This document shows, piece after piece, positions 1 to 11,410 of a stretch of 32,000 nucleotides of DNA. The notes below the pieces were generated by a model. That model searched no databases, was not told where the DNA came from, and saw only the letters and a program-made list of their open reading frames with translations. The position numbers and the translations under genes were made by a program. Source of the DNA: Aquifex aeolicus VF5 (lineage in GTDB: Bacteria; Aquificota; Aquificia; Aquificales; Aquificaceae); the NCBI RefSeq assembly GCF_000008625.1, contig NC_000918.1, positions 1,519,336 through 1,551,335 on the forward strand, given 5' to 3'. Within the stretch, counting starts at the first letter, position 1. Each line of letters begins with the position of its first letter.

Positions 1-1421
1 CTATAGAGAGAATAAAAGAAGCGGTATTGAAGAAGAAAAGAATAATAATATACGGGGACTACGACGTTGACGGAATAACGGGAACGGCAATCCTCTACAG
101 AGTTTTGAAACTCCTCGGTGCAAAAGTTTATCCCGTTCTACCGAACAGACAAACGGGATACGGTCTCAACAAAGAATTAATGTCCATATTTGAGAAGTAC
201 GGAGATTTTCTCATAACCGTTGATAACGGCACTTCCGCAGTTGAGGAAATAGACCAGTCAAGTTTAGAAACCGTGGTAATAGACCACCACAACGTTCCGC
301 CCAGAATTCCAAAGAAAGCCCTGATAGTTAATCCGAAAGTCGGGGCAAAAAGGGAAGGCTTAAAGGCTCTATCTTCCTCAGCTTTGAGTTTTTACCTCGG
401 CAGTGCCTTGATAAGGGAATTTAACTTAGACGAAGATCCCAGAAACTTTTTAGATCTGGTTGCCCTAGGACTCCTTGCGGATTACATGCCCGTAAATCCA
501 GTCACCCGCACACTCGCCGTTAAGGGAATGTACTTGCTAGAGAAAATAGCTCAAGGCAAGGTAAGAAAACCGGGGGTGAAGGCACTTTTAGAGATTTCTT
601 CGGTAAACGGTAACGTCACTTCAAGGGACGTATACTTTTCCTTAGCTCCGAGGATAAACGCTGCGGGTAGGATTTCAAAGCCGAAGTTTGCCCTTGATCT
701 CCTCCTTGAAGAAGACGAGAGGAGGGCAAGGGAACTTGCGTTAAAACTCGAGGAAATCAACAGAAGAAGAAAGGCTATAACAAACCTGACTTACAAGGAA
801 GCGAAAAAGAAGGCTATTGAGGAAATTGATAAAAACTTCTTGGTAGTCTGGGACGAGGAGTGGCATCCAGGAATTCTCGGTATAGTTGCTGGAAGACTTG
901 CGGGAGAATTTAACAAACCCGTCGCCGTGTTTTCTAAAGGAAAGACGAAAGCGGTAGGCTCTATAAGGAGCATAGAGAGTATTGACGTTTATGACAAGGT
1001 AAGCACTATGCGTGATATGTTCCTCAAATGGGGCGGACACGACAAGGCTATGGGACTCACGCTCCCTTCAAATAGACTTGAGGAGTTCAGAGAAAAGGTA
1101 AACCAGATATTCGAAAAAGTTAAAGAGAGTGAAGTGATAATTCCGGTTGATATGGAAATAGATCCGAGAGAATTCGGAGAAGAAGATTTAAGAACCATTA
1201 AATCCCTCGAACCTTTCGGAGAGGGAAATCCCCATCCCACGTTTATGACCACGGTAAAAGATGTAAAGCTCGGAGAAGGCTACAAGGTTTCTATAAACAG
1301 TGTAGAGATGGAGTGCTGGGATACGGAACTTCTTAAACACTTAAAAATCGGCAAAAAAATACTTTACAGACTTGACGGCGGGAAGTTTATCTTAGAGGAT
1401 GTAGAAAATGGCTTCGTATAA
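1..1421 (+). CDS. recJ: Single-stranded-DNA-specific exonuclease RecJ, 5'-truncated by the window edge
   Basis: DHH-family motifs IIIYGDYDVDG and VVIDHHNV. Frame is open to the left edge and encodes IERIKEAVLKKKRIIIYGDYDVDG, so the TTG at 27 in the track is probably not the real start. Confidence 0.9.
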   Translation, partial: IERIKEAVLKKKRIIIYGDYDVDGITGTAILYRVLKLLGAKVYPVLPNRQTGYGLNKELMSIFEKYGDFLITVDNGTSAVEEIDQSSLETVVIDHHNVPPRIPKKALIVNPKVGAKREGLKALSSSALSFYLGSALIREFNLDEDPRNFLDLVALGLLADYMPVNPVTRTLAVKGMYLLEKIAQGKVRKPGVKALLEISSVNGNVTSRDVYFSLAPRINAAGRISKPKFALDLLLEEDERRARELALKLEEINRRRKAITNLTYKEAKKKAIEEIDKNFLVVWDEEWHPGILGIVAGRLAGEFNKPVAVFSKGKTKAVGSIRSIESIDVYDKVSTMRDMFLKWGGHDKAMGLTLPSNRLEEFREKVNQIFEKVKESEVIIPVDMEIDPREFGEEDLRTIKSLEPFGEGNPHPTFMTTVKDVKLGEGYKVSINSVEMECWDTELLKHLKIGKKILYRLDGGKFILEDVENGFV

Positions 1422-1890
1422 AGGGCATGAGTTATTTAACGTTCTCGCTTTAGGTCCTCTAATTTTGTTAGTTCCTCAGGATTACAGAATCCCTTTCGGA
1501 ATTGGATACCTTCTCGGAACTTTCTTCCTATCTCCCGATTTAGACCTGCATTTTTCCAAACCGTCTCAGAGGTGGAAGTTCTTAAAATTTCTGTGGTTTC
1601 CCTTCTGGGTGTTTTCAAGACACAGAGGCATAACCCACGTTCCCTTTTTAGGAACTCTCGTGAAATTGTTTTACTTGATATTCATATTCTTCTTTCTTTA
1701 CTTTGCAGTTTTAGGAGTTTTAAGTATTTTAGGCTTTGCCCCAAAAGAGCTTCTATCCTTTGATCCCTTCGCTTTTATAAATGAATTCTTAAAAAGCGAA
1801 AAGGGGTTTTTCTTCATTCTCGGCTTAATAGTAGCGGATTTACTTCACATAGTTTTAGACATAGTTTCATCCTTCATCAAGAGGTTTTAA
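1408..1890 (+). CDS. Small membrane protein, putative metal-binding/metal-dependent hydrolase-like (DUF2227-like)
   Basis: 160-aa ORF overlapping the recJ 3' end by 14 nt; motifs [22 protein letters not shown] and ADLLHIVLD with hydrophobic helices. Confidence 0.7.
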
Positions 1891-3405
1891 GTTCTTCGTA
1901 CTTCGTTTAATGAATTCTATAGCTTCTTCTTTCGTCTCTACTTTTCCGTCTATTTGGGCCTCAAGGAGTGCTTTCTTTAAAATACCTACTATCTTTCCGG
2001 GCTTAATCCCTAAAATTTCCATGATTTCATCGCCGTTCAGGAGGGGTTTCTGAATTTCTTCCTTCATCTCGTTTCTGTTAAAGCTTTCAAGTTCCGCTAT
2101 CGTCTCCATAAGAGCCTTTATGTCCTCCTCTTCATCCCCGCTTGCCATAGCGTCTGCAATAGAGAGGAGGAAAAGGTGTGGAGCTATATCACCGCATTCC
2201 CTCCAGAAGTTGGCCATTCCCCTCCTCTTGAGCTCTCCTTTCTTGAAAGCTTCCCTCAAGAAAAAGGGTCTTAAGTGATGTCTTACGAGTTTTGCAACAA
2301 ACTCCGTCGCTTCGTCTCCCCACCTTAACCTCTCGCCTATCTCTCTTACTATTTGTGCCCCTACTTTATCATGTTCGTAAAAGGTTACCTTTCCCTCCCT
2401 TACAGCAAAAGTTTGAGGTTTTCCTATATCGTGAAAAAGTGCTCCCCACTTGAGGAGTTCAACATCGGTAAACTCTCCCAGAACTCTCTTTTTTCCAAAG
2501 TTTTCAAGAAGTTCCGCACTCAGGTACTTTGCACGATCCTCTATTACTTGTTCCAAGTACTCTAAAGTCTTTAGGGTATGTTCATCAAGCGGGTATATGT
2601 GGTGCTCTCCCTGATCCTTTACCTCCCTTAACCTGCCTATCTCAGGAATTATTGCCTCGAGAACGCCGTACTCGTAGAGTTCCCTTATAACCTTGTGTGC
2701 GGTTTTTTCCTTCATTATCTTGAAAAGTTCATGGGTTATTCTCTCAACCGCGGACTTTAAAACTATTCTCGGATCTTCCTTTACGAATTCATAAAAGTCT
2801 TCCGTGAGCTGTAAATTTTTCTCAATCGCTATCCTGAAGCCTCTCAAAACCCGAACGGGGTCTCTCTTTAGGTTTTCTATGGACACGGGTCTGAGAAGCC
2901 CTTGCTCCAGATCTTTTATCCCACCCGTAGGGTCGTACACTATAGTTTGTTTTGCACCTATACTCAGAACGTCGTCGAGGTTAACAGCTATCGCGTTTGC
3001 GGTAAAGTCCCTCTCCTTTAAATCCTCTATGAGCGCCTTTTCAAGGTCTTTTCCCTTCAGCGGGGAAAAGTCAAACCTGTACCTGTAGGGAGGAAGGTGA
3101 AGAACAACGCTTGCTATCGTGGGTCTCTTTATTAAGAATCCCCTTTTCTCAAATACGAAAAAGTGTCCTCCAATTCTTTTTGCAAAATTCTTAGCGAGTT
3201 CCACGGGGTCTGCAGTTGTTAAAAAGTCAACGTCTATGTTGTAACCCACGGGTTCTCCCAATATCCTGTCTCTTACCCATCCGCCGACTATAAAGCAGTA
3301 ATGTTCTCTTGGAAGGACTTTTGCGACGTCGTCGAAGTAAGAAAGGTAAAAGTTCAATCCGTGAAGTGTGTGTTTTCCCGAGGAAACTATCTCGATGTTT
3401 TCCAT
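1867..3405 (-). CDS. cca: tRNA nucleotidyltransferase / poly(A) polymerase family (CCA- or CC-adding enzyme) with HD domain
   Basis: [35 protein letters not shown] and HD motif FHDIGKP; 512 aa. Confidence 0.88.
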
Positions 3406-3523
3406 GTCTTTAAAATATATACGCCCTTTTGTATGATTAAGAGCAAAAGAAGCAATGTGGTGGAAATTTTCGCTCTACTTGTCACACTATAGATACAGGT
3501 TTCCGAGCGGTAAAATTTTTACT

Positions 3524-4030
3524 ATGAAAATCCTTTGGGCTCCTTGGAGAAGGGCTTACGTAGAAAACGTGGACAAAATAGAAGGCTGTTTCCTCTGTCA
3601 CGCCCTTTCACAACCGCCAGAAAAGTGGAAGGAGGTGCTATTGGTTTACAAAGGAAAAAATGCATTCATAATCCTCAATAAATACCCTTACAACACGGGA
3701 CACCTCATGATAGTTCCCGTAAAGCATATCGGGAACTATGAAGAAGTGGACGAAGAAACGGCCCTTGAGATGCACAAACTCCTTCAGGTATCTTTAAAGG
3801 CTCTAAAAAAGGAGTACAAGCCCCACGGCTTTAACGTAGGCTACAACTTCGGAAGACCCGCAGGAGCAGGACTTGAAGAACACATACACCTCCACGTAGT
3901 TCCGAGGTGGAACGGAGACACCAACTTCATGCCCGTTTTAGCTCAGACTAAGGTAATCTCAGAAGACCTTTACAGTACCTACGACAGAGTAAAGAAAGCG
4001 ATAGAAGAAGTCTTAAATGAGTCTTCTTGA
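3524..4030 (+). CDS. HIT-family nucleotide hydrolase/transferase
   Basis: HIT motif HIHLHVVP, Cys pair CFLCH, start MKILWAPWRRAYVENV. ORF track starts at 3455 but homology begins at ATG 3524. Confidence 0.88.
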   Translation: MKILWAPWRRAYVENVDKIEGCFLCHALSQPPEKWKEVLLVYKGKNAFIILNKYPYNTGHLMIVPVKHIGNYEEVDEETALEMHKLLQVSLKALKKEYKPHGFNVGYNFGRPAGAGLEEHIHLHVVPRWNGDTNFMPVLAQTKVISEDLYSTYDRVKKAIEEVLNESS

Positions 4031-4772
4031 AGTTAAAAACTTAAACCTCTGGTACAGGGAGAAGCAGGTTCTCTTTGACGTTTCCTTTGAAGTAAAGATA
4101 GGGGAAATCCTGTGCATAGTTGGAGAAAGCGGTTCCGGTAAGAGCTCCATACTCTTTACCATCTTAAGATTGCTTCCTCCTTACGCCAGAGTGTCGGGTA
4201 GCGTAAAGTTTTTAGGAAGGGAACTCTTAAAGCTCTCGGAAAGGGAAATGAAAAGTATTAGAGGAAAGGAAGTAGGAATGGTGTTCCAGGAACCTTCCCT
4301 TTACCTTGACCCTCTCTTTACGGTAGGCTCTCAAATTGAAGAGACTTACCTTTCCCATTTCAAAGCCGGCAGAAGAGAGGCTTACGAGGCTTGTATAAAA
4401 GCCATGAAGAAGGCAGGAATACCCAAACCCGAGGAAAAGTACAGGATGTACCCCCACCAGCTCTCGGGAGGACTCAAGCAGAGGGTATGTATAGCAAATG
4501 CAATCGTGTGTGAGCCAAAACTCGTCCTTGCAGACGAGCCCACCACTGCTCTGGACGTTTCTGTCCAGAGAAGAATACTCGCCCTTTTCAGGAATATGAA
4601 GGAAGAGGGTAAGGCTGTAATACTTATAACCCACGATTTTGGAGTGGTTGCGGAAGTGGGAGACAGGGTAATAGTCTTAAAAGACGGCAAAGTGGTGGAA
4701 GAAGGAGACGTTTTTGAGATTTTTGACAATCCTAAGCACGAATACACAAAAAAACTTCTCTCTGCGATTTAA
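4017..4772 (+). CDS. ABC transporter ATP-binding protein, OppD/DppD-like
   Basis: Walker A GESGSGKSS, signature LSGGLKQR, Walker B LVLADEPTTALD; 14-nt overlap with the HIT gene. Confidence 0.9.
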   Translation: MSLLEVKNLNLWYREKQVLFDVSFEVKIGEILCIVGESGSGKSSILFTILRLLPPYARVSGSVKFLGRELLKLSEREMKSIRGKEVGMVFQEPSLYLDPLFTVGSQIEETYLSHFKAGRREAYEACIKAMKKAGIPKPEEKYRMYPHQLSGGLKQRVCIANAIVCEPKLVLADEPTTALDVSVQRRILALFRNMKEEGKAVILITHDFGVVAEVGDRVIVLKDGKVVEEGDVFEIFDNPKHEYTKKLLSAI

Positions 4773-4782
4773 AATAGAAGGA

Positions 4783-5409
4783 ATGATCGTGGAATTATCT
4801 CACCCCCTGATAAAGCACAAGGTAAACACAGCAAGAATACAGGACACTTCCGCAGAAAAGCTCAGGAAAACCTTAAAGGAACTTGGTTTTATGCTTGTAT
4901 ATGAAGCCCTAAAAGACATACTTTTAGAGGAAAAGGAAGTCAGAACGTGGATAGGTAACAAAAGATTTAATTACTTGAATGAAGAAGAAATAGTATTCGT
5001 TCCCATACTGAGGGCGGGACTTTCCTTTCTGGAGGGAGCACTCCAAGTCGTACCGAACGCAAAGGTAGGATTTCTAGGAATAAAGAGAAACGAAGAGACT
5101 CTTGAATCTCACATATACTACTCAAGACTGCCAGAGCTGAAGGGAAAAATCGTAGTTATACTTGACCCCATGCTTGCAACCGGAGGAACGCTGGAAGTGG
5201 CGTTAAGGGAAATCCTCAAACACTCACCTCTTAAGGTAAAGAGCGTGCACGCGATAGCCGCCCCGGAGGGTCTAAAAAGGATAGAAGAAAAGTTTAAAGA
5301 AGTGGAAATCTTTGTGGGAAATGTAGATGAAAGATTAAACGACAAGGGATACATAATCCCGGGTCTGGGAGACATAGGCGACAGGTTATACGCGGTAAGT
5401 GTGTATTGA
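4783..5409 (+). CDS. upp: Uracil phosphoribosyltransferase
   Basis: MIVELSHPLIKHKVNTAR...FVPILRAGLSFLEG...VVILDPMLATGGTLEVAL. ATG at 4783 preferred over the 4714 ORF start. Confidence 0.93.
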   Translation: MIVELSHPLIKHKVNTARIQDTSAEKLRKTLKELGFMLVYEALKDILLEEKEVRTWIGNKRFNYLNEEEIVFVPILRAGLSFLEGALQVVPNAKVGFLGIKRNEETLESHIYYSRLPELKGKIVVILDPMLATGGTLEVALREILKHSPLKVKSVHAIAAPEGLKRIEEKFKEVEIFVGNVDERLNDKGYIIPGLGDIGDRLYAVSVY

Positions 5410-5955
5410 TTTCTTTTCTTTGATCATTTTCGCTATTTCCTCATAGTTGTCGTTCAGTCTTCTGTCTATTTTTTCCACAACTAGCTCCACGTTTTCTGGT
5501 ATGGATATCCAGAGCTTACCTCTCTTTTCCGGTGCAAAGAGTTTTACACACTTTTTAAGAAACTTGTAGTAATGTTTCGGGAGTCTGTAAACCGCGTGCT
5601 GAACGATATCTGGAGTTTGCCATGGGCACACTTTATAACCTTTCTCTAGTTTTTCAAAGAGTCCTTTAGTTCCGTGAATTGCCCTGTTTAGAGCCATTAA
5701 AAAGGTGGGAACACCCTTGAGAAAAGCGTCCGTGAGTTCCTTATTTTCATGAACCGTTGCGTCGTACATAATTACCTTTTTTTCTTCAAGGAGAGCCTTT
5801 ATAAGGTCTATAGGGACCGCAAACTCGGGAAAGTAGAGAGGCGTCCCGGCAGCGGTGTAAGATGATGGAAAGTAAACTATGTAGTCGTAATCGGGATAAA
5901 CTATTAAGCCGTTTGTCATGTTCGCAACGTGGAGAACCTTTTTATCTTCCTTCAT
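5386..5955 (-). CDS. Conserved-looking hypothetical protein
   Basis: 189-aa ORF with good local codon usage; overlaps the upp 3' end by 24 nt; no family recognised. Confidence 0.7.
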   Translation of the reverse strand: MKEDKKVLHVANMTNGLIVYPDYDYIVYFPSSYTAAGTPLYFPEFAVPIDLIKALLEEKKVIMYDATVHENKELTDAFLKGVPTFLMALNRAIHGTKGLFEKLEKGYKVCPWQTPDIVQHAVYRLPKHYYKFLKKCVKLFAPEKRGKLWISIPENVELVVEKIDRRLNDNYEEIAKMIKEKKSIHTYRV

Positions 5956-5961
5956 AAAGAA

Positions 5962-6699
5962 TTAAGATACACTCTTCTTAAGAGTTGTTAAAAACACCAA
6001 TATACCCGTTAAGGCGTGGAAGAAAACAAGGGTAAAACCGGTTGGTAGGTCAAGCTTAAATGAAATCAATATCCCGAGTGTATTGACGAGAGCACCGTAA
6101 ACCCATGCAAACAAAAGCCCTTTTCCGAGCAGGTTTGCAACAAGAGCTGGAGCCACAAGAATTGAGAAAACTATTAAAACACCCACCAGTTTTACGGAAG
6201 AAGTAACCGTTATAGAAAACAAGGTAAAAAAAGATACCTCCCTCAGGAGTTCGTTCCTCAAATACCTCCTCAGGTAAAGGAGGAAACCTATCGCTGCGTA
6301 AAGCATCCCGGAAATCAAAATCTCCTTCTTTGAAACGAAGAGTATGTCACCTGCGGTTAATTGCAGGAATTCCTCCATACCGTGAGGGGTTTGTGAAAGT
6401 ATGAGAACAACGGAAGAAAAGCCAAGAGCGTAAAGGAGACCTATGAACGCCTCCGCAAATTCTTTTTTTACCTGCGAAAGTGCAACCAGCATACCCGCAA
6501 AAAGGGAAAAGACAAAAGCCATTAAGTAGGAAGGTTCGTGGAAAATTAAAATGGAAAGGGCAAGCCCAACCGCTGCAAACTGTGCTACCGCTATGTCTAC
6601 GAAAATTATGCCTCTCCTCACTATTTCCAATCCGAAACTCGCGTGTATCCCGAGCAGGATAAAAGAAAAGAGAAGGGCCTGGAAGAATAAATCAACCAC
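5962..6699 (-). CDS. Metal (Zn/Mn/Fe) ABC transporter permease, ZnuB/MntB family
   Basis: Polytopic ORF with ABC-3-family pattern (ASFGLEIVRRGIIFVDIAVAQFAAVGLA; SVKLVGVLIVFSILVAPALVANLL). Confidence 0.88.
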   Translation of the reverse strand: MVDLFFQALLFSFILLGIHASFGLEIVRRGIIFVDIAVAQFAAVGLALSILIFHEPSYLMAFVFSLFAGMLVALSQVKKEFAEAFIGLLYALGFSSVVLILSQTPHGMEEFLQLTAGDILFVSKKEILISGMLYAAIGFLLYLRRYLRNELLREVSFFTLFSITVTSSVKLVGVLIVFSILVAPALVANLLGKGLLFAWVYGALVNTLGILISFKLDLPTGFTLVFFHALTGILVFLTTLKKSVS

Positions 6700-7564
6700 C
6701 CTTTAACCTCCTCAGGATTTCGTCAAACAGGGAAAAATTGTCCTTTACTTCAGGCAGGGAGTTTACATCGTGGGGGAGTACTAAAACCTTAGCTCCAAGC
6801 TCTTTGGCCACGAACTGGGCCGTTCTTCTTTCGTTGTAAACCGCAAGGAGTACGTACTTTATATCCTTCAAAGAAAGGAGTTTCTGTATGTGGCTCTTTG
6901 TGGGAGGTATTCCGGGCAAGGGTTCAAGGGTGGCAACGAGAACAACACCGTACCTTCTAAGCAGGTAGTTAAAAACAGAGTGATAACTTATTACCCTTGT
7001 GCCTCTGAAAGTTGAAAATTCCCTGTCCCACACTTCCAGCTTTTCGTTCCACTTTGCCAGAAACTCATTTAAATTCTTTCCGTAAAATTCGCAGTTTCCG
7101 GGGTCAATTAGACACAGCCTGTCCTTAATAGCCTGGGCCAGAACAGGGATATTGTGAGGGTCAAGGTTGTAGTGGGGGTTTCCCTCTGGGTGAACATCTC
7201 CCATAGCCCGTGAAACTTCCTTCGGTTTTTCTATAAGCTCAATAAACGTAGAAAGGTCTAAAAATCCCTTAGTCCCGGGTTGTATCTTGGGGTTGTTCGA
7301 TTGAGAGAGCAAAGGAGGAAGAAAGCCTATTTCCAGAGAAGCACCCTGAATTATAAGTAAATCCGCCCTTCTTAGCTTAGCTATATGTGAGGGTTTAGGA
7401 ACTACGAAGTGAGGGTCCTCTGTTCCCTTTGCTATAATGTAAACCTTTACCTTTTCTTTTCCTATCTTGTCAACCAAGTCGCCTATCCACGGATAAGTTA
7501 CAACTACGTTCAGTTTTGCAAAAGAAAGGGTTATAAAAAAGAGAAAAACAAACAGAGCTCTCAT
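6692..7564 (-). CDS. Periplasmic metal-binding protein of a ZnuA/MntA-type ABC importer
   Basis: Signal peptide, VVTYPWIGDLVDKIG, EDPHFVVPKPS, GNPHYNLDPHN, SYHSVFNYLLRRYG; 8-nt overlap with the permease. Confidence 0.88.
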   Translation of the reverse strand: MRALFVFLFFITLSFAKLNVVVTYPWIGDLVDKIGKEKVKVYIIAKGTEDPHFVVPKPSHIAKLRRADLLIIQGASLEIGFLPPLLSQSNNPKIQPGTKGFLDLSTFIELIEKPKEVSRAMGDVHPEGNPHYNLDPHNIPVLAQAIKDRLCLIDPGNCEFYGKNLNEFLAKWNEKLEVWDREFSTFRGTRVISYHSVFNYLLRRYGVVLVATLEPLPGIPPTKSHIQKLLSLKDIKYVLLAVYNERRTAQFVAKELGAKVLVLPHDVNSLPEVKDNFSLFDEILRRLKGG

Positions 7565-7576
7565 CTTTACACCTCC

Positions 7577-8986
7577 CTAAAAGGGGTGAGAAGTGTGTGC
7601 ACCTATTACAAAGTTAAACTGGAAGATAAACTCGTTTATCGTTTTCCTCTTATCCTCTTTGTAGAAGGCTCTGTTCTGCCCGAGTTGAAGTCTTATACGG
7701 GAAAATTCAGTGGGATTGAATTCAAGCATCCAGTAATAAGCGGAAAGGTCATCGGGAAGGTCCTTTTTTATTCCGTTCACTTTGAGTTCGTTCTTGTTTA
7801 TCAGGTTGTATTGAATTCCGGTTCTCCATCTCCTGTCAAACTTCCAAACAACTTGGGCATACAGTCCTCCCTGCTTTTTTGTTAGCGGGGAAGTACTTTC
7901 AGGAGTGTACTTTGTGCCTTCTTGTCTTCTGTACAAATACTCCCCCTGAAAAGCGAGGTATCTGTAAGAGTCTATAAAGTACTTCGCAGTAAGGTCTAAG
8001 CCGTATATTTTCGTTCTTCCCGCAAAGGCGTGAGGCTCTTCCTCGTCTTCTAAGTGGTTTATCCTCGTTCTTCCGTAGGCGTAAGAAATCCCTCCGAGCA
8101 AGGATAAATTTCCTACATCAAATGAAGTCTTTAAAAATCCTACGTAGAGGTTTGGCTTTGGAGTGTCCGGTACGCGTAGGTCTTCATTCACAGAAAATCC
8201 TTCCGTTCCGAAACTCATCTCATTTTCTCCCTGTAAAACTTCCGCTCCGAGTAAGAGGTAAAAGGGCACCGGTGCGAGCCAGTTAACTTGAACTCCCTTT
8301 TCTATCAATCCCTCACCCAAGAAAACCTTATAAACGAGGGGAGGATTTGCGAATTCCCATACGTGGGGATGCTGGGAGTTAAGTCTTCCGAAGGAACTCC
8401 TGAACTTACCCACCTTCACCTGAAAACCGTAAGGGAGACCTCTCGTCACCGCATAAGCCTCTTCAACTGTAGAACCATCCTCCGAAAAGGGAATGGTAGC
8501 GTAAAGGTCAAAGTAGGGGTCAACCGGAGCGTAAAGGAACAGCTCCGCGTAGTTCAAATTAAAACCGCGCTTTTCATTAAGTTCACCGTGTTCGTGTCCC
8601 CCGTGTCCGTGGTAGAGTGCGGGAATTTCAAGCTCCTTTAATTCGGAATCCTTCTTGTTGCGTCCCACAAAAGAAAAGTCCAGTATCAGGGAAATGTCTG
8701 GAAGAAACGCTTTCTGGGAAAAGGGTGATACCTGGTAAGCTCCGAGTCTTTCCTCGTATTTTGTCCTTATCTTGAGCGTTCTGTCCGCGGGTGTAGGTTT
8801 CAAGGCTACCGCCTCTTTTTTCTTTTCTTCTTCTTTCTTGGCTTTCTCAAGCTCTTCTAAACGCCTTTCTATCTCTTGAATTTTTTTCTTATACTCTTCC
8901 AAAAGCCTTTTCAAATCTTCAACACTTTCCTGAGAAAAAGCCACACTTATGAACAAAATTGAAAGTAAAAGGACATACTTTTTCAT
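7577..8986 (-). CDS. Outer-membrane beta-barrel protein with N-terminal coiled coil and His-rich segment; probable metal-uptake porin/receptor
   Basis: Signal peptide, coiled coil VEDLKRLLEEYKKKIQEIERRLEELEKAKKEEEKKK, HGHGGHEHG, alternating beta-strand pattern and terminal aromatic strand; directly upstream of the ZnuA-like gene. Confidence 0.7.
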   Translation of the reverse strand: MKKYVLLLSILFISVAFSQESVEDLKRLLEEYKKKIQEIERRLEELEKAKKEEEKKKEAVALKPTPADRTLKIRTKYEERLGAYQVSPFSQKAFLPDISLILDFSFVGRNKKDSELKELEIPALYHGHGGHEHGELNEKRGFNLNYAELFLYAPVDPYFDLYATIPFSEDGSTVEEAYAVTRGLPYGFQVKVGKFRSSFGRLNSQHPHVWEFANPPLVYKVFLGEGLIEKGVQVNWLAPVPFYLLLGAEVLQGENEMSFGTEGFSVNEDLRVPDTPKPNLYVGFLKTSFDVGNLSLLGGISYAYGRTRINHLEDEEEPHAFAGRTKIYGLDLTAKYFIDSYRYLAFQGEYLYRRQEGTKYTPESTSPLTKKQGGLYAQVVWKFDRRWRTGIQYNLINKNELKVNGIKKDLPDDLSAYYWMLEFNPTEFSRIRLQLGQNRAFYKEDKRKTINEFIFQFNFVIGAHTSHPF

Positions 8987-9037
8987 AACTACACACCTCC
9001 TGCAGTTTTTTTTAGAAAAAAAAGCGTTTTGGAATTT

Positions 9038-9301
9038 TTAGACCGCAGGAGGTGCCCTTGCGTCTTTATATCTGATTACTACGGGGACGGTGAAATTAAA
9101 AGCTTTTCTGGAATCTATGAAAAATACGGGAAAATTAACCCTCTTTGGAGATATTTCTGGCTTTTCGTAATTGGCAGGGTTGTACTTTACTATACATACG
9201 TGGCAGTTCGGGTGTACTTTCCCGTCGTTATGTTTATGAGTGAGAGAAACCTGTCCCTCAATTACAAAGAGCAGTAAAAGAATTGCTACTAAAATTCTCA
9301 T
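9038..9301 (-). CDS. Small secreted/periplasmic protein with His/Cys motif
   Basis: 87 aa, signal-like N-terminus, THKHNDGKVHPNCHVC; first gene of the metal cluster. Antisense ORF 9029..9277 judged spurious. Confidence 0.6.
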   Translation of the reverse strand: MRILVAILLLLFVIEGQVSLTHKHNDGKVHPNCHVCIVKYNPANYEKPEISPKRVNFPVFFIDSRKAFNFTVPVVIRYKDARAPPAV

Positions 9302-9326
9302 TTAACGTTTAGTATCTTATTTTAAC

Positions 9327-11011
<1,685 letters not shown>

Positions 11012-11410
11012 CTTTATCGGTTTCTCCCTTTCCCAGACTATAACGGGAGAAGCAAACTCCTTAGAATTTCTAAAGGACAGACTCATTTACAAAGGGAACG
11101 TAATACTCCACAGGGACAGCTCAACGCTGAAAGCGGACGAAGTGGTAATACTCCTTGACAAAGAAAACAAGCCCTACAAGCTTATCGCAAAGGGAAATGT
11201 AAAGTTCAGGGAAAACGGAAGGAAGGCAGAGGCGGAATTTGCTGAGTACGACTTGAGGAAGGAAATAATACATCTAAAGGGAAATGCAAAGATTGAAGAA
11301 AACGGCAGAGTCGTGGAAGCGGATGAAATAATTATTTACAAGAGGGAAAAGAGGCTTGTGGCTAAAGGTAAGGGAAAGAGAGTGAGAACCGTTTACGTGG
11401 AGGAGAAGAA

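Noticed and set aside
7409-7885. 158-aa plus-strand ORF across the ZnuA-like/outer-membrane gene junction
   Set aside because: Spans two well-supported minus-strand genes including the junction between them; no domain recognised.
9029-9277. 82-aa plus-strand ORF
   Set aside because: Antisense to the signal-peptide-bearing minus-strand ORF 9038..9301 that fits the metal operon; composition and lack of an initiation signal suggest a shadow ORF.
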